From Candidatus Micrarchaeia archaeon (GTDB lineage: Archaea; Micrarchaeota; Micrarchaeia; CAILAH01), in the NCBI GenBank assembly GCA_038874595.1, contig JAVZCB010000002.1:96001-160000 (forward strand): DNA of 64,000 nucleotides. Direction: 5' to 3'. Shown piece by piece: positions 45,506 through 55,543 of this stretch. Below the pieces are notes generated by a model. It had not been told where the DNA came from, ran no database searches, and worked only from the letters and a program-made list of their open reading frames with translations. The number at the start of each line of letters is the position of its first letter. Within the stretch, counting starts at the first letter, position 1. The position numbers and the translations under genes were made by a program.

Positions 45506-47245
45506 ATGAAAAGAATCTTGTTGCTGGTACTAGTTATTTGTGCGGTTGTAACAGCAAAGGATTATTCTATTGTTTCTGCAGACGAGAAAATAACTATAAA
45601 AGATAACGGCATAGTGCATATCACCGAAACAATAAACTATGATTTGTACGATTGTAATGATAACAAATTCAAAGAGCTATACCTAACAAAACCAAGGGAT
45701 TTGGAAATCAGAAATGCGCGAGGGTATTGTATTGGTGCTTTGTGCAATTTCAGGGTTGATGAGCCAGAAGTTTCTGTAAGCGGTGACAGGGAACTGATAA
45801 ATGAGCTTGTTGGGGGCGGGTGCGGGAAGGTTACTGCTGTGTTTGAATATGATGTAAAAGCAATTACAATTTACCCGGATACTTCACAGTTTTACTATAA
45901 GGTTTGGGGGGATAAGTGGGAGAAGCCTGCAAAGCTGAGTGTGAGTATTTACCTGCCCGGGAAAGCAAAGGAGACTGTATATTTTGTGCATTACGATTAT
46001 TTTACATTTACACCTCCAACTAACTCCAGCAGTGGGAATATCATAAGCATCAGTGCTGACCAACCGGCAAACCGGCTGCTTGAAATAAACCTACTGATGC
46101 CAAAAGAGTGGTTCAATGAGAACGGAGACTACTACTACAACAACAATACGAGAAAGAAAGACATAATAAGTATTGAAGAGCGAACAATGTCAGCACTAAG
46201 TATTAAGCGCTTTGTTGATATTTTACTCCTGATTTTGTTTGTTGTATTTATAACAATACCTTTTGCTGCTATAATCATATCATACCTGATTTTTGGAAAA
46301 GAACTTTCTGGTGAAGATGTTGGGTACAATGGATTGTACGAGTATGATCCACCTGAAAATAGGGGTGCGGCTGAAAGCATATTCTTTATAACAATGGATA
46401 AAGACTGCACTAAGAAGGATCTTGGAAATGCCCTCTCCTCAACAATGATGGCCCTTGTAAACAAAGGTGCATTTGATATACAGGAGAGGGAAGTTAGCGG
46501 GCTCTTTGGGAAGACGAAAGAGATTGTATTTATTGTTAGAGAGCCAAAAGAAGAGTTGCTCGATTATGAAAAAATGCTGTTTGATTTTATGAAAGAGAAG
46601 GCAGTCAACGGAGAAATTAGTATGGATTCTTTTGCAAAAACAGTCGGCAAAACAAAAGAGTTTTATTTTTTCTCCCTAAAGTGGTGGAAAACAGTAATAA
46701 ATCATATAGATGAAAACAAATTCGCAGATTACAAAGGATACTATATCCTTATGGCTATCATATTAATACACTTCTTTTTGTACTTTTTTGCCATAGTGCT
46801 TTTCTCATCAATAAATACTGTTATTCCCATAAATCTTTTTGCACTTATAGACTTTTTTTTGCTCATAATAGTTACTCCAAGAAAAAAAATTTGGGGAAGA
46901 TGGACAAAGGAAGGAAGGATACTCAACCTCAAATGGGAAAATTTCAAGAAGTACTTATCAGATTTCAGCGCGCTTGAAGAACACCCTCCTTCAAGTGTAA
47001 AAATCTGGGACCATTATATGACGTATGCAATTGCGCTTGGAGTTGCGGAGAAAACAATAGAAGCAATGAAAAAAATAAGTCCCTTGGTGGTGCAACATTC
47101 AAGGGGCAACTATGTGTATGCAAACTATGGATTGTATACTTCTTTCAGTACAAGTATGACCCCAAGCTACAAATCATCATCACGTGGAGGTAGAAGTGGC
47201 GGGTTTGGTGGCGGTAGGGGCGGTGGCGGCGGCGGTGCAAGATAA
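45506..47245 (+). CDS. DUF2207 family membrane protein
   Basis: YSI...I.IKDNG.VHITETINY, W..FKKYLSDFS.L...IWDHYMTYAIALGVA, Gly-rich GGFGGGRGGGGGGAR tail. Confidence 0.9.
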   Translation: MKRILLLVLVICAVVTAKDYSIVSADEKITIKDNGIVHITETINYDLYDCNDNKFKELYLTKPRDLEIRNARGYCIGALCNFRVDEPEVSVSGDRELINELVGGGCGKVTAVFEYDVKAITIYPDTSQFYYKVWGDKWEKPAKLSVSIYLPGKAKETVYFVHYDYFTFTPPTNSSSGNIISISADQPANRLLEINLLMPKEWFNENGDYYYNNNTRKKDIISIEERTMSALSIKRFVDILLLILFVVFITIPFAAIIISYLIFGKELSGEDVGYNGLYEYDPPENRGAAESIFFITMDKDCTKKDLGNALSSTMMALVNKGAFDIQEREVSGLFGKTKEIVFIVREPKEELLDYEKMLFDFMKEKAVNGEISMDSFAKTVGKTKEFYFFSLKWWKTVINHIDENKFADYKGYYILMAIILIHFFLYFFAIVLFSSINTVIPINLFALIDFFLLIIVTPRKKIWGRWTKEGRILNLKWENFKKYLSDFSALEEHPPSSVKIWDHYMTYAIALGVAEKTIEAMKKISPLVVQHSRGNYVYANYGLYTSFSTSMTPSYKSSSRGGRSGGFGGGRGGGGGGAR

Positions 47246-47348
47246 GAGTATGTTGGATTATTGCACAAATGCACTGCCATCGTTTTCTGCTTAACGGTGT
47301 GGATAGAATTCCCTCAATGTGCCCTCTTATACACCGCACTATAATATT

Positions 47349-49001
47349 TTATTGACATTGTAATGGTGGTTCTTTACTTCTTTCGGTGCTGTTTTGTGTA
47401 TCTCTCTTTTTTATTGCCGCATCAATAAGAAACAGGAAAAGTGGTGCCGGCTTCTCAAGGCGGCTCTTAAACTCTGGGTGTGCCTGTGTACCAATACCAA
47501 GGCCGTTTGGCCATTCAACCATCTCAACAATGCCTGAATCCTTATGCCTGCCAGAGATAACAAGGCCGTGCTCTTCAAGGTCGGGCACAAACTCCGGGTT
47601 AACTTCATAACGGTGCCGGTGCCTCTCATCAACAAACTCAGAACCATAATATGAATATGCCGTTGTGCCTGGGAAAACGTGCATTGTGTAGGAGCCAAGG
47701 CGCATTGTGCCTCCCTTCCTATCAATAAATTTCTGGTCTGGAAGCAGGTCTATAACAGGGTGTTTTGTTTCTGTGCTGAACTCTGTTGTGTGCGCATCAT
47801 CCCATCCTAATACATTACGCGCATACTCAACGACCATCAGCTGCATACCAAGGCAAAGGCCAAGATAAGGGATATTGTTTGTACGTGCACAGTTGATTGC
47901 TGCAATCTTGCCTTCAATACCGCGTTTTCCAAAACCGCCAGGTACGATTATGCCATTATACTTTGCCAGAAGTTGTGGCCCGCTCTCCTCAATTAAAGTA
48001 GATTCAACAAAATCTATAACCGGCTTTACATTGTAATGGGCGGCTGCGTGGATTATGGATTCGTAAACGGATGCATAAGCATCGCGTGTGGAAGTATATT
48101 TGCCTACAAGAGCTATGTGTACCTCTCCATTAGATGGTGATATAATGCGATTAACAAGAGAGCTCCATGATGAGAGGTCTGGCGGGGTCTCATCCACATC
48201 TAATTTTGAGGATATTGCACGCATTATGCCCTGCTTGTTCAAAATGATAGGAAGCTCATAAATCGTACTTACAGTTGGATCATCATATACAAACTCTGGC
48301 TTGATGTTTGCAAATAAGGCAATTTTTTCTATGGCTTCCGCGCTGAGCGGCTCGTCCTCCCTGCACACAATAGCATCCGGGCGTAGGCCCAGGCTTTGTA
48401 TGAGGCGGTTGGCGTGCTGTGTTGGCTTTGTCTTTGGCTCTCCCTTGGTAAGGCTCGGTACGCGCGTAAGTTGTATTGTCATAAAGTATTTTTCTTCATA
48501 GGATAACTGGCGGATTGCTTCAATGAAATATGAGTTCTCAAGGTCACCAACCGTACCACCAACCTCTATAACAACAAAGTCGGCGTTTGTCTCGTCACCT
48601 AAACGGCGTATCCAGTCTTTAAGCTCATCTGTCAGATGAGGAATTATCTGGACATCGCGACCAAGGAAACGGCCCTCGCGCTCTTTTTGTATTAGGTGTT
48701 GGAATATCTTGCCGCCAGTTATGCTGGAAAATTTGGTCATAGGTATACCTAAAAACCTCTCGTAAGTGCCAAAGTCCATATCCACTTCAGAGCCGTCATC
48801 GAGCACAAACACCTCGCCGTGCCTGAAAGGGTTCATCGTCCCGCAGTCAACGTTTAGGTAACCGTCAAACTTGAGCGGGACAACCTTGTAGCCTTTGAGT
48901 TGCAGAAGCTTGCAAATCGATGCGGTCAGTATTCCTTTCCCAAGGCCGGACATGATGGAGCCGAGAATTGCGATATATCTCCTTTTGTTTGGCGCTTGCA
49001 T
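47349..49001 (-). CDS. pyrG: CTP synthase
   Basis: MSGLGKG, NPFRHGEVFVLDDG.E.DMDFG, KTKPTQ, GLCLGMQ, RHRHRYEVN, HPEF. Confidence 0.97.
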   Translation of the reverse strand: MQAPNKRRYIAILGSIMSGLGKGILTASICKLLQLKGYKVVPLKFDGYLNVDCGTMNPFRHGEVFVLDDGSEVDMDFGTYERFLGIPMTKFSSITGGKIFQHLIQKEREGRFLGRDVQIIPHLTDELKDWIRRLGDETNADFVVIEVGGTVGDLENSYFIEAIRQLSYEEKYFMTIQLTRVPSLTKGEPKTKPTQHANRLIQSLGLRPDAIVCREDEPLSAEAIEKIALFANIKPEFVYDDPTVSTIYELPIILNKQGIMRAISSKLDVDETPPDLSSWSSLVNRIISPSNGEVHIALVGKYTSTRDAYASVYESIIHAAAHYNVKPVIDFVESTLIEESGPQLLAKYNGIIVPGGFGKRGIEGKIAAINCARTNNIPYLGLCLGMQLMVVEYARNVLGWDDAHTTEFSTETKHPVIDLLPDQKFIDRKGGTMRLGSYTMHVFPGTTAYSYYGSEFVDERHRHRYEVNPEFVPDLEEHGLVISGRHKDSGIVEMVEWPNGLGIGTQAHPEFKSRLEKPAPLFLFLIDAAIKKRDTQNSTERSKEPPLQCQ

Positions 49002-49081
49002 GTGTATCAGCTATATTACGATCCAAACAATAAATATATGACTGGCCAATAACTCAGTTTATTATAATTTGTTGAAATAAA

Positions 49082-50236
49082 ATGTGCATGCATAAGCCGA
49101 TATGTATAGTAATCCTATTAATTCTCTTCTTATTTACCTCTATAACAATCGCACTTGAGAATGCTAAAACTGAAGAGAATCAAAAAGATGGCCTAAGCGA
49201 TACAATTAATATCGATTTTTATTATGGGATTGGGTGCCCACATTGCGCTGCAACTGAAAAAATATTTGAGAAGTTGAGTGCAGAGTACAAACTCAATATT
49301 ACAAAGTATGAGGTATATCAAAATGCCGAAAATCGCCAGAGAATGTTCAAAGAGTATGAGAGATTCAATGTGAGTCTCAGCCAGGGCGGTGTGCCAACTT
49401 CTGTGATACGTGGGAAGGCTTTTGTTGTAGGCGAGCTTGCTGAAGAGCAGTGGAGGGAGCTACTTGATGCTGCGTGCAGTGAGGATACCTGCCCTGTTGG
49501 TGTTATAACGCAGAAGAACTTCAATATCATACACGAGAGAGATAGTACATCTGCGTTAACCTGGCCGGTCTTGATTGGAGCGGCGCTTGTGGACTCTATC
49601 AACCCGTGCACAATTGCAATTATGGTTATCCTTATCAGTACTATTTTATACTCAAAAGGCAGGAAAGAGGCGCTCGTTGCAGGCATTATGTTTGCAGTGA
49701 CTATTTATGTGATGTATTTCCTTTATGGGATTGGAATCATGAAAGCGGTTACAACTTTAGAAATAAGCAATTTGTTCTATGTTCTTGTTACGCTTGGCGC
49801 ACTCATACTTTCAATTATGGAGCTTAATGCATATTTCAACTATAAGCCAGGGTTCTTTTCAGTGGAGATGCCCGTATGGCTAAGACCGCATGCGCACGAG
49901 GTAATTGAGAAAGCCACCACGCCTCTCGGAGTTGTTGTTGCGGCCGTGTTCTGCTCTTTGTTTTTACTACCGTGCTCATCCGGGCCATACCTTATGGTTC
50001 TCGGGATGATTGCAAAATCTGCAACGTTGCAGACTTTCACTTATCTTGCAGTTTATAACCTGTTCTTCATCCTGCCGATGATCGTGATAACTATATTGAT
50101 ATACTTTGGAAAAACCACAGTTGAGAAAATTGGTGAAATGAAAGAAATGTATGTAAGACAGATACACTTGGTTTCAGGTATAATACTGTTTGCTCTGTTT
50201 ATCCTAATGATAAATGAGCTCCTAAAAATCGTATAG
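49082..50236 (+). CDS. Thioredoxin (CPHC) plus DsbD/CcdA-like transmembrane thiol-redox protein
   Basis: Signal peptide, GCPHC, GVPT cis-Pro loop, TM domain with DSINPCT and LPCSSGPY cysteines. Confidence 0.85.
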   Translation: MCMHKPICIVILLILFLFTSITIALENAKTEENQKDGLSDTINIDFYYGIGCPHCAATEKIFEKLSAEYKLNITKYEVYQNAENRQRMFKEYERFNVSLSQGGVPTSVIRGKAFVVGELAEEQWRELLDAACSEDTCPVGVITQKNFNIIHERDSTSALTWPVLIGAALVDSINPCTIAIMVILISTILYSKGRKEALVAGIMFAVTIYVMYFLYGIGIMKAVTTLEISNLFYVLVTLGALILSIMELNAYFNYKPGFFSVEMPVWLRPHAHEVIEKATTPLGVVVAAVFCSLFLLPCSSGPYLMVLGMIAKSATLQTFTYLAVYNLFFILPMIVITILIYFGKTTVEKIGEMKEMYVRQIHLVSGIILFALFILMINELLKIV

Positions 50237-50259
50237 TGCCACACCAAATTAAGCTAACT

Positions 50260-50745
50260 TTACGGGTTTTGCTTTCTTATGTCTTCAACAAATTTGGCAA
50301 TGCTCTTTTTATAGCCGCCAGTGAAATAGCTCATGTGCGAAATGCACATTACTGCGATTGGTTGCCGGCCGCACAGGTAGGACATATCCTTTATTGTGTT
50401 CTTGGCACCAAACCCCCCGCCAGTACAAAAAAATGCTATTTTTCCAAACTTGTGCTTCATACGGGTAATGTACGCTTTTACCGGGAGAGACATTGTGCCT
50501 GCCCATACGGGCGTTCCTATTATAACGACGTCGTATTGTGACGGGTCTTTCGCTGGAGACTCTATCTCAGAAAGATGATGTAGAAAAACATCCTTCCCTG
50601 TCCTTAGTATACCTATAAGGCCTTCCCTGTTTTTCTTATCCATAATCCTCTCAATATCGGCACCGAGCTCTTTTGCAATAATGTTGGCTACTGCCGCAGT
50701 TACCCCACTTCTTGAATAAAAAACAACCAGGACCTTGGAAGGCAT
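50260..50745 (-). CDS. Flavodoxin family protein
   Basis: VLVVFYSRSGVT, YDVVIIGTPVWAG, AFFCTGGG; true start is the ATG at 50745. Confidence 0.88.
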   Translation of the reverse strand: MPSKVLVVFYSRSGVTAAVANIIAKELGADIERIMDKKNREGLIGILRTGKDVFLHHLSEIESPAKDPSQYDVVIIGTPVWAGTMSLPVKAYITRMKHKFGKIAFFCTGGGFGAKNTIKDMSYLCGRQPIAVMCISHMSYFTGGYKKSIAKFVEDIRKQNP

Positions 50746-50776
50746 GCCGTTTTTTAGGTGTGCGCTATATATAAAC

Positions 50777-51454
50777 TTATTTTGAGGCCGTGCGTTTACG
50801 CCCCATCTTTTTTCCTGAAAGCTGTTGTGCGGCCGCCTTGAGCGTCTTGCGGGTGTACGGCTCAACTTGCTTTGAGAGGGCTGCTTTCTTAAGTGGCATC
50901 CATACGTGTTCTTGCCCTTCACTGTTTAACCTTACAGATGATGGGTTTCGCGCGCGGCAGAGGTAGTCAAACATGATGAAATGGCGCTTTTTCCAGAATG
51001 CTGGATCGTGTATGAATTCCTGCGTTATTATGTGGCGTATGTTATATATGTCAAGGTTGGTTTCTTCTTTTATCTCGCGCCTGAGTGCGTCCTCTGCACT
51101 CTCCCCAAGCTCGATGTGACCACCAGGTATAACATACTTGTTATGCCATTTATGAGAACGCATTAGGAAAACTTCACTATTATTATTTAAGATGACTGCA
51201 CCAACAACCGGTTCTGGGAAATACTGGTGCTCTTTCACTAATTGTATTGCGTCCAGGAGACCGTATGCATAATCAGAGCATCCAAAAGAGGTGAAGTAGT
51301 CACCCTTATTAAAATAATGCACCGCATCCCTGTAATACTGCTCTGCCAAGGCGTATTGGGTGCCAAAGTTATGTGCAAGCTTCTTACATTTCTCAAGGTT
51401 TTCCTTGAGAAGACGAATGCTCTTCTCAGCACGAGAACGTTCTGTTATATCCAT
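50777..51454 (-). CDS. DUF357 - Nudix hydrolase fusion
   Basis: N-terminal AEQYYRDA.HYF.KGD...SFGC.DYAYGLLDA (DUF357); C-terminal GGHIELGESAEDALRREIKEET Nudix box. Confidence 0.85.
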   Translation of the reverse strand: MDITERSRAEKSIRLLKENLEKCKKLAHNFGTQYALAEQYYRDAVHYFNKGDYFTSFGCSDYAYGLLDAIQLVKEHQYFPEPVVGAVILNNNSEVFLMRSHKWHNKYVIPGGHIELGESAEDALRREIKEETNLDIYNIRHIITQEFIHDPAFWKKRHFIMFDYLCRARNPSSVRLNSEGQEHVWMPLKKAALSKQVEPYTRKTLKAAAQQLSGKKMGRKRTASK

Positions 51455-51506
51455 GTTTAAATGCTCGGTATTATAATATAAAAATGTTTCAACACCCAAA
51501 TTCTAT

Positions 51507-52508
51507 ATGCTTGGTATATCAGAACTCAAAAAAAGGATGAGCGAGAAAGTTATTGACGTTGAGAAAACAATGCTGCATATAATGCCGAACAGGGAGCCAG
51601 CAAGTGTTTATGAGCTTGCCTGGGATTTTCTTAATAGGGGTGGAAAAAGAATCAGGCCATACCTTTTGCTTACTTCTGTTGAGGCTTTTAATGGAAATCC
51701 AGAAGATGCGCTTGAGATTGCTGCTGGAATAGAGATATTTCACAATTTCACGCTCGTCCACGATGATATAGAAGATAACTCTGAGATGAGAAGGGGTAAA
51801 CCGTGCCTGCATATTTCTTATGGTATTCCTTTGGCAATCAATGCTGGTGACGGGATGTTTGCGCATGTTTTCAAGTCTTTAAAAGAGTCAAGACTGACAC
51901 CTTACCAGAAAGATAGAATTATTGGGATGTTTGCTGAAGCATTTATAGGGGTTGTTGATGGTCAGGGATACGAGATCGGCTGGATTGAAAATAATATGTG
52001 GGATATTTCTGAGAAAATGTACTTGGATATGGCTGGTGGAAAGACCGGCGACTTGATGGGTGCGTGCACACAGATAGGGTCATTTATAGGTGGTGCCAGT
52101 GAAAGAGATATGGAGGAGATGCGGCTGTTTGGGTATGAGATTGGGCTTGCGTTCCAGATACAAGATGATGTGCTAAACCTTGTTGGTGAAGAGGAAAAAT
52201 ACAAAAAAGAGATTGGCGGGGATATCAGGGAAGGAAAAAGGACGCTTATTGTAATAAAGGCGCTTGAGAGGCTTGGGGAAAATGAAAAAAGAGAGTTGAT
52301 AGGCATACTCGCAAAAAAAGAAAACACACATGAGGAAATCGTGAGAGCGATTGAGCTTATGAAAGGGTGTGGTGCAATTGATTACGCAAAAGAGTACGCT
52401 GAGAGGCTTGTTGCAAGCGCTAAGAACAGGCTAAGCGTGGTAAAAAACGCTGAAAAAAAGGAAGAGCTGGAAGCGATTGCTGATATGTTCATCAAAAGAG
52501 AGGCGTGA
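51507..52508 (+). CDS. idsA: Polyprenyl (geranylgeranyl) diphosphate synthase
   Basis: GGKRIRP, LVHDDIED...RRG, AINAGD, GQ..E, KTG, FQIQDD, DIREGKRT. Confidence 0.93.
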   Translation: MLGISELKKRMSEKVIDVEKTMLHIMPNREPASVYELAWDFLNRGGKRIRPYLLLTSVEAFNGNPEDALEIAAGIEIFHNFTLVHDDIEDNSEMRRGKPCLHISYGIPLAINAGDGMFAHVFKSLKESRLTPYQKDRIIGMFAEAFIGVVDGQGYEIGWIENNMWDISEKMYLDMAGGKTGDLMGACTQIGSFIGGASERDMEEMRLFGYEIGLAFQIQDDVLNLVGEEEKYKKEIGGDIREGKRTLIVIKALERLGENEKRELIGILAKKENTHEEIVRAIELMKGCGAIDYAKEYAERLVASAKNRLSVVKNAEKKEELEAIADMFIKREA

Positions 52509-52512
52509 TTTT

Positions 52513-53205
52513 TTGGTAAAGGAATATACTGCTATCGTAGGAAAAGTTGTGGTGTGGGCGGACGGCCTAAAATCTATCTACCTGAGGTTTAAGGATGAGA
52601 AGATGGCATTCAGCGCCGGCCAGTATGTAATGCTCCGTGCAAAAATTAATGATAAGCTGGAAAGTAGGGCATACTCAATCGCATCAACACCTATTGATGA
52701 TGAGATTGAGATAATATTTAGGGTTGTTGGGCCATTTACAACATACCTTGACAGATTAAAGGAAGGAGATATAATAGAGGTTGTTGGGCCGTTCGGCCAC
52801 CTAAATAAGGGGATGGCAAAGCGTAGAAATGCTGTGTTTGTGGCAACTGGAACTGGGCTGTCGCCACTCTTAAGTATAATCACTGATATAATTAAGAGTG
52901 GGGAATGTGCAAGATTTGGGTCAATCGTGCTCTTATACGGGACAAAATATGAAAATATGCTCGTGCATAAAAAAGAGATTGAGGAGCTTATGGCAAAATG
53001 CCCTAATTTTGTGTTTTGCCCAATACTAAGCAGGGAAGAAAAATGGGTTGGCAGGAGTGGGCATGTGCAGGCACATATCGGGGAATTCATAAAGGATGAT
53101 ACGGACTATTTCATTTGTGGGCTGCCGGCCATGACTGACGAGGTCGAGAAAATACTTCTTGAAAAAGGAGTTAAAAAAGAATGTATACATCTTGAAAGGT
53201 TCTAA
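52513..53205 (+). CDS. Ferredoxin-NADP reductase-like FAD/NAD(P)-binding oxidoreductase
   Basis: AGQY, RAYSIAS, GPFG, ATGTGLSP, ICGLPAM, terminal ERF; probable TTG start at 52513. Confidence 0.9.
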   Translation: MVKEYTAIVGKVVVWADGLKSIYLRFKDEKMAFSAGQYVMLRAKINDKLESRAYSIASTPIDDEIEIIFRVVGPFTTYLDRLKEGDIIEVVGPFGHLNKGMAKRRNAVFVATGTGLSPLLSIITDIIKSGECARFGSIVLLYGTKYENMLVHKKEIEELMAKCPNFVFCPILSREEKWVGRSGHVQAHIGEFIKDDTDYFICGLPAMTDEVEKILLEKGVKKECIHLERF

Positions 53206-53624
53206 TTTAAATTCATTTTATCTTTTTTTGGTTAGATTCTTGAAACGAAGTAAAAAGATGTGTTCGCCTTGAAAGGCCTAATTCTAAATCAATCTTAATT
53301 CTTAATTCTAAATTTTGTCTTTTTGTTTTTGGTTAGTGAGATTCTTGAAACGAAGTAAAAAAAAGATTTGTTAATCTTGGATGTGGAGGTCTAAATCCAA
53401 TCTTTTTTGATATTGGTTGGGGTTCTTGAAATAAAGTAAAAGAGAATATTGTGCTAATCTTAAAGGTTCTTAAAAAAATCTGCTTGGATTTATGAAATAC
53501 TTCTCAAAAAGTTAGAAATAGCTTAAAGAACAAGTAATGCTTTCTAAATTTTCTTGTTGGTTTAAAACTTCTTAAAAGAGTTAAAAAATAGTTTAAAGAT
53601 ATCTAGAAAGATTCCAAAACGTAA
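53206..53624. repeat. AT-rich intergenic region with three degenerate direct repeats
   Basis: AGATTCTTGAAACGAAGTAAAAA identical at 53234-53256 and 53339-53361; degenerate third copy GGTTCTTGAAATAAAGTAAAA at 53421-53441. Confidence 0.85.
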
Positions 53625-54428
53625 TTACTTGTCGTCCTGTTTTTTATTGAGAATGTCAGAGAGCTTGACGCCTTCTATTGCCCTAAGGACTTCAACAGGC
53701 AACAGCACAACAACTGTGTTGCTCTGGTCGGCAGACACGTCCGCAACCGTCTGTAACGTCCTCAGGTGCAACGCTCCCGGGCCTGAAAGGTTCTCGGCTG
53801 CCTTTTTTAAGTTGGCTGATGCCTGTAACTCTCCCTCTGCCATAATAATTGTTGCGCGCTTCTCCCTCTCCGCTTCTGCCTGCCTTGCCATCGCCCTCTT
53901 CATATCACTTGGTAGCTCTATATCCTGGATTTTTATTGCGGTTATATCTATCCCCCATTCGCTTGTTTCCTTATCTACAAGTGATTTTATTTCCCTTGCA
54001 ATCTCATCACGCTCGGTTAATACAAAATCCAACTCTTTGTTTCCAATAACATCACGAAGGGCTGTTTGGCCATACTGTGCAACTGCATACATATAATCCT
54101 GTATTTTTAAGACGGCGTCCTCGGGGTTTTCAACTTTATAATAAATCACTGCATTTACACTTACAGGAACATTGTCCTTGGTCATTACTTCTTGTTTTGG
54201 AATGTCCACGGTCTTTATCCTCATATCAACGGTGCGTGCCGATTCAATCACGGGAATCAAAATATTAAGGCCCGGCCTCAGCAACCTGTGATAACGGCCA
54301 AGCCTAAATACCACTGCACGTTCATACTCAAAAACAACCCTTAAAGACATCAGTAGCAGGACACCTATAATTATTAGTATAGGAAAAGCACAGCTTAAAC
54401 CAATCCCAATCGTTTCAAGGTCGGCCAT
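53625..54428 (-). CDS. SPFH/stomatin (slipin) family protein
   Basis: YERAVVFRLG, QEVMTKDNV, QTALRDVIG, MARQAEAERE. Confidence 0.95.
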   Translation of the reverse strand: MADLETIGIGLSCAFPILIIIGVLLLMSLRVVFEYERAVVFRLGRYHRLLRPGLNILIPVIESARTVDMRIKTVDIPKQEVMTKDNVPVSVNAVIYYKVENPEDAVLKIQDYMYAVAQYGQTALRDVIGNKELDFVLTERDEIAREIKSLVDKETSEWGIDITAIKIQDIELPSDMKRAMARQAEAEREKRATIIMAEGELQASANLKKAAENLSGPGALHLRTLQTVADVSADQSNTVVVLLPVEVLRAIEGVKLSDILNKKQDDK

Positions 54429-54481
54429 TTTTACACCACACTAATAATATTAAAAAAGGTTAAAAAATAGCTGTAGCTTTT

Positions 54482-55489
54482 TTATGAGGGTTGTGCTTCC
54501 TGCATGCCGTTCGCTGCCATGTATTCCTTATAAGTTTCAAGCTCGTTCCGTGAGCTGATTATAATATTTGCAGTGCAGTTTGGCCCTGGGTACCATGGCC
54601 GTATCGGTGATGGGGAGGTGCGCATAAACGTCGTGCTGTTAGGTGACCCTGCAAAACAAGCTATATCTGCAGATGCGCCTTCACTTACAGAAATTTCAAG
54701 AACATAATCGCCAGCTGGGAGCGTTCCCTGCTGCGTCTTGCGCCTTAAAATTGAGATGCTTCCCCAATCACCGCCTAGGTTGAAAAGTGAGGTGCTAAAC
54801 CGCATAACACTTTCCCTTGAAGGGGTATTATTTACTACGGGGTATATACTATAATTCAACGTTGAATTGGGTGAGAACATAAAGTTCCTTCTTAAGAATG
54901 TGCCTATTGAAAAAATCTCCGTGTCAGCATCAAAGTGCAAAAGCATACCGTACGTGCGCCTCTCTGAGATGCTTGTATAATTATCAACGTCATAAAACAC
55001 TTCCTCTTTCTTACAATAATTTGTGCTGGATGTATTGCACTCGTAATAGGCAGTTTTTGTTATTCTGTTAATGACTGCTGTATAATTGCCATACGGAAGC
55101 ACCTTCACAGGCAGGGTTTTGAAATCGTTTGAAATGTTTGTGTCTATAAAGGATGCGTTGAGAAGCAAAACAACTGCGGTTATGTTGTGTTGGCCGTCCC
55201 TGCTTGCCGGGAGTTCAAGCTCTTTTGTGAGGTTGCCGCTTGCAGAATATGACTGGGTTCTTTCACCGTCAACTTTTATATCAACCCTGTAAGTTGCTTC
55301 TTCGCTTGTTGATGCTGTTTCAACCTTGATTTTATATTTTGAGCCTAGCACTGGAATTTCCTGGCTAGGTGATGATAAGGAAACAACGCTTACATCTACT
55401 TTCTTATCGTGTTGTTCTGGTGGGTTGGTACAACCCACAAGCACAATTATTAATAATAACCCTATTACAAACACCGCTTGGCGATTCAT
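54482..55489 (-). CDS. Lipoprotein with a CARDB-like domain, function unknown
   Basis: Lipobox-like LVGC; GQHNITAVV...DTNISND. Confidence 0.7.
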   Translation of the reverse strand: MNRQAVFVIGLLLIIVLVGCTNPPEQHDKKVDVSVVSLSSPSQEIPVLGSKYKIKVETASTSEEATYRVDIKVDGERTQSYSASGNLTKELELPASRDGQHNITAVVLLLNASFIDTNISNDFKTLPVKVLPYGNYTAVINRITKTAYYECNTSSTNYCKKEEVFYDVDNYTSISERRTYGMLLHFDADTEIFSIGTFLRRNFMFSPNSTLNYSIYPVVNNTPSRESVMRFSTSLFNLGGDWGSISILRRKTQQGTLPAGDYVLEISVSEGASADIACFAGSPNSTTFMRTSPSPIRPWYPGPNCTANIIISSRNELETYKEYMAANGMQEAQPS

Positions 55490-55543
55490 AAGAAAGGATT
55501 GGGGCAGACAACATTAAAATAATTAGCTTTTTGAATACGATGG

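Noticed and set aside
47246-47348. Possible hairpin RNA between the DUF2207 gene and pyrG (CGGTGT/ACACCG)
   Set aside because: Stems are only 5-6 bp with no recognisable box motifs; not distinguishable from chance
50746-50922. Long basic N-terminal extension of the flavodoxin
   Set aside because: Overlaps the Nudix gene in another frame; the flavodoxin fold begins at the ATG at 50745
53206-53624. CRISPR array
   Set aside because: Only three degenerate copies, irregular 81-105 bp period, mutually similar low-complexity 'spacers', and no cas operon
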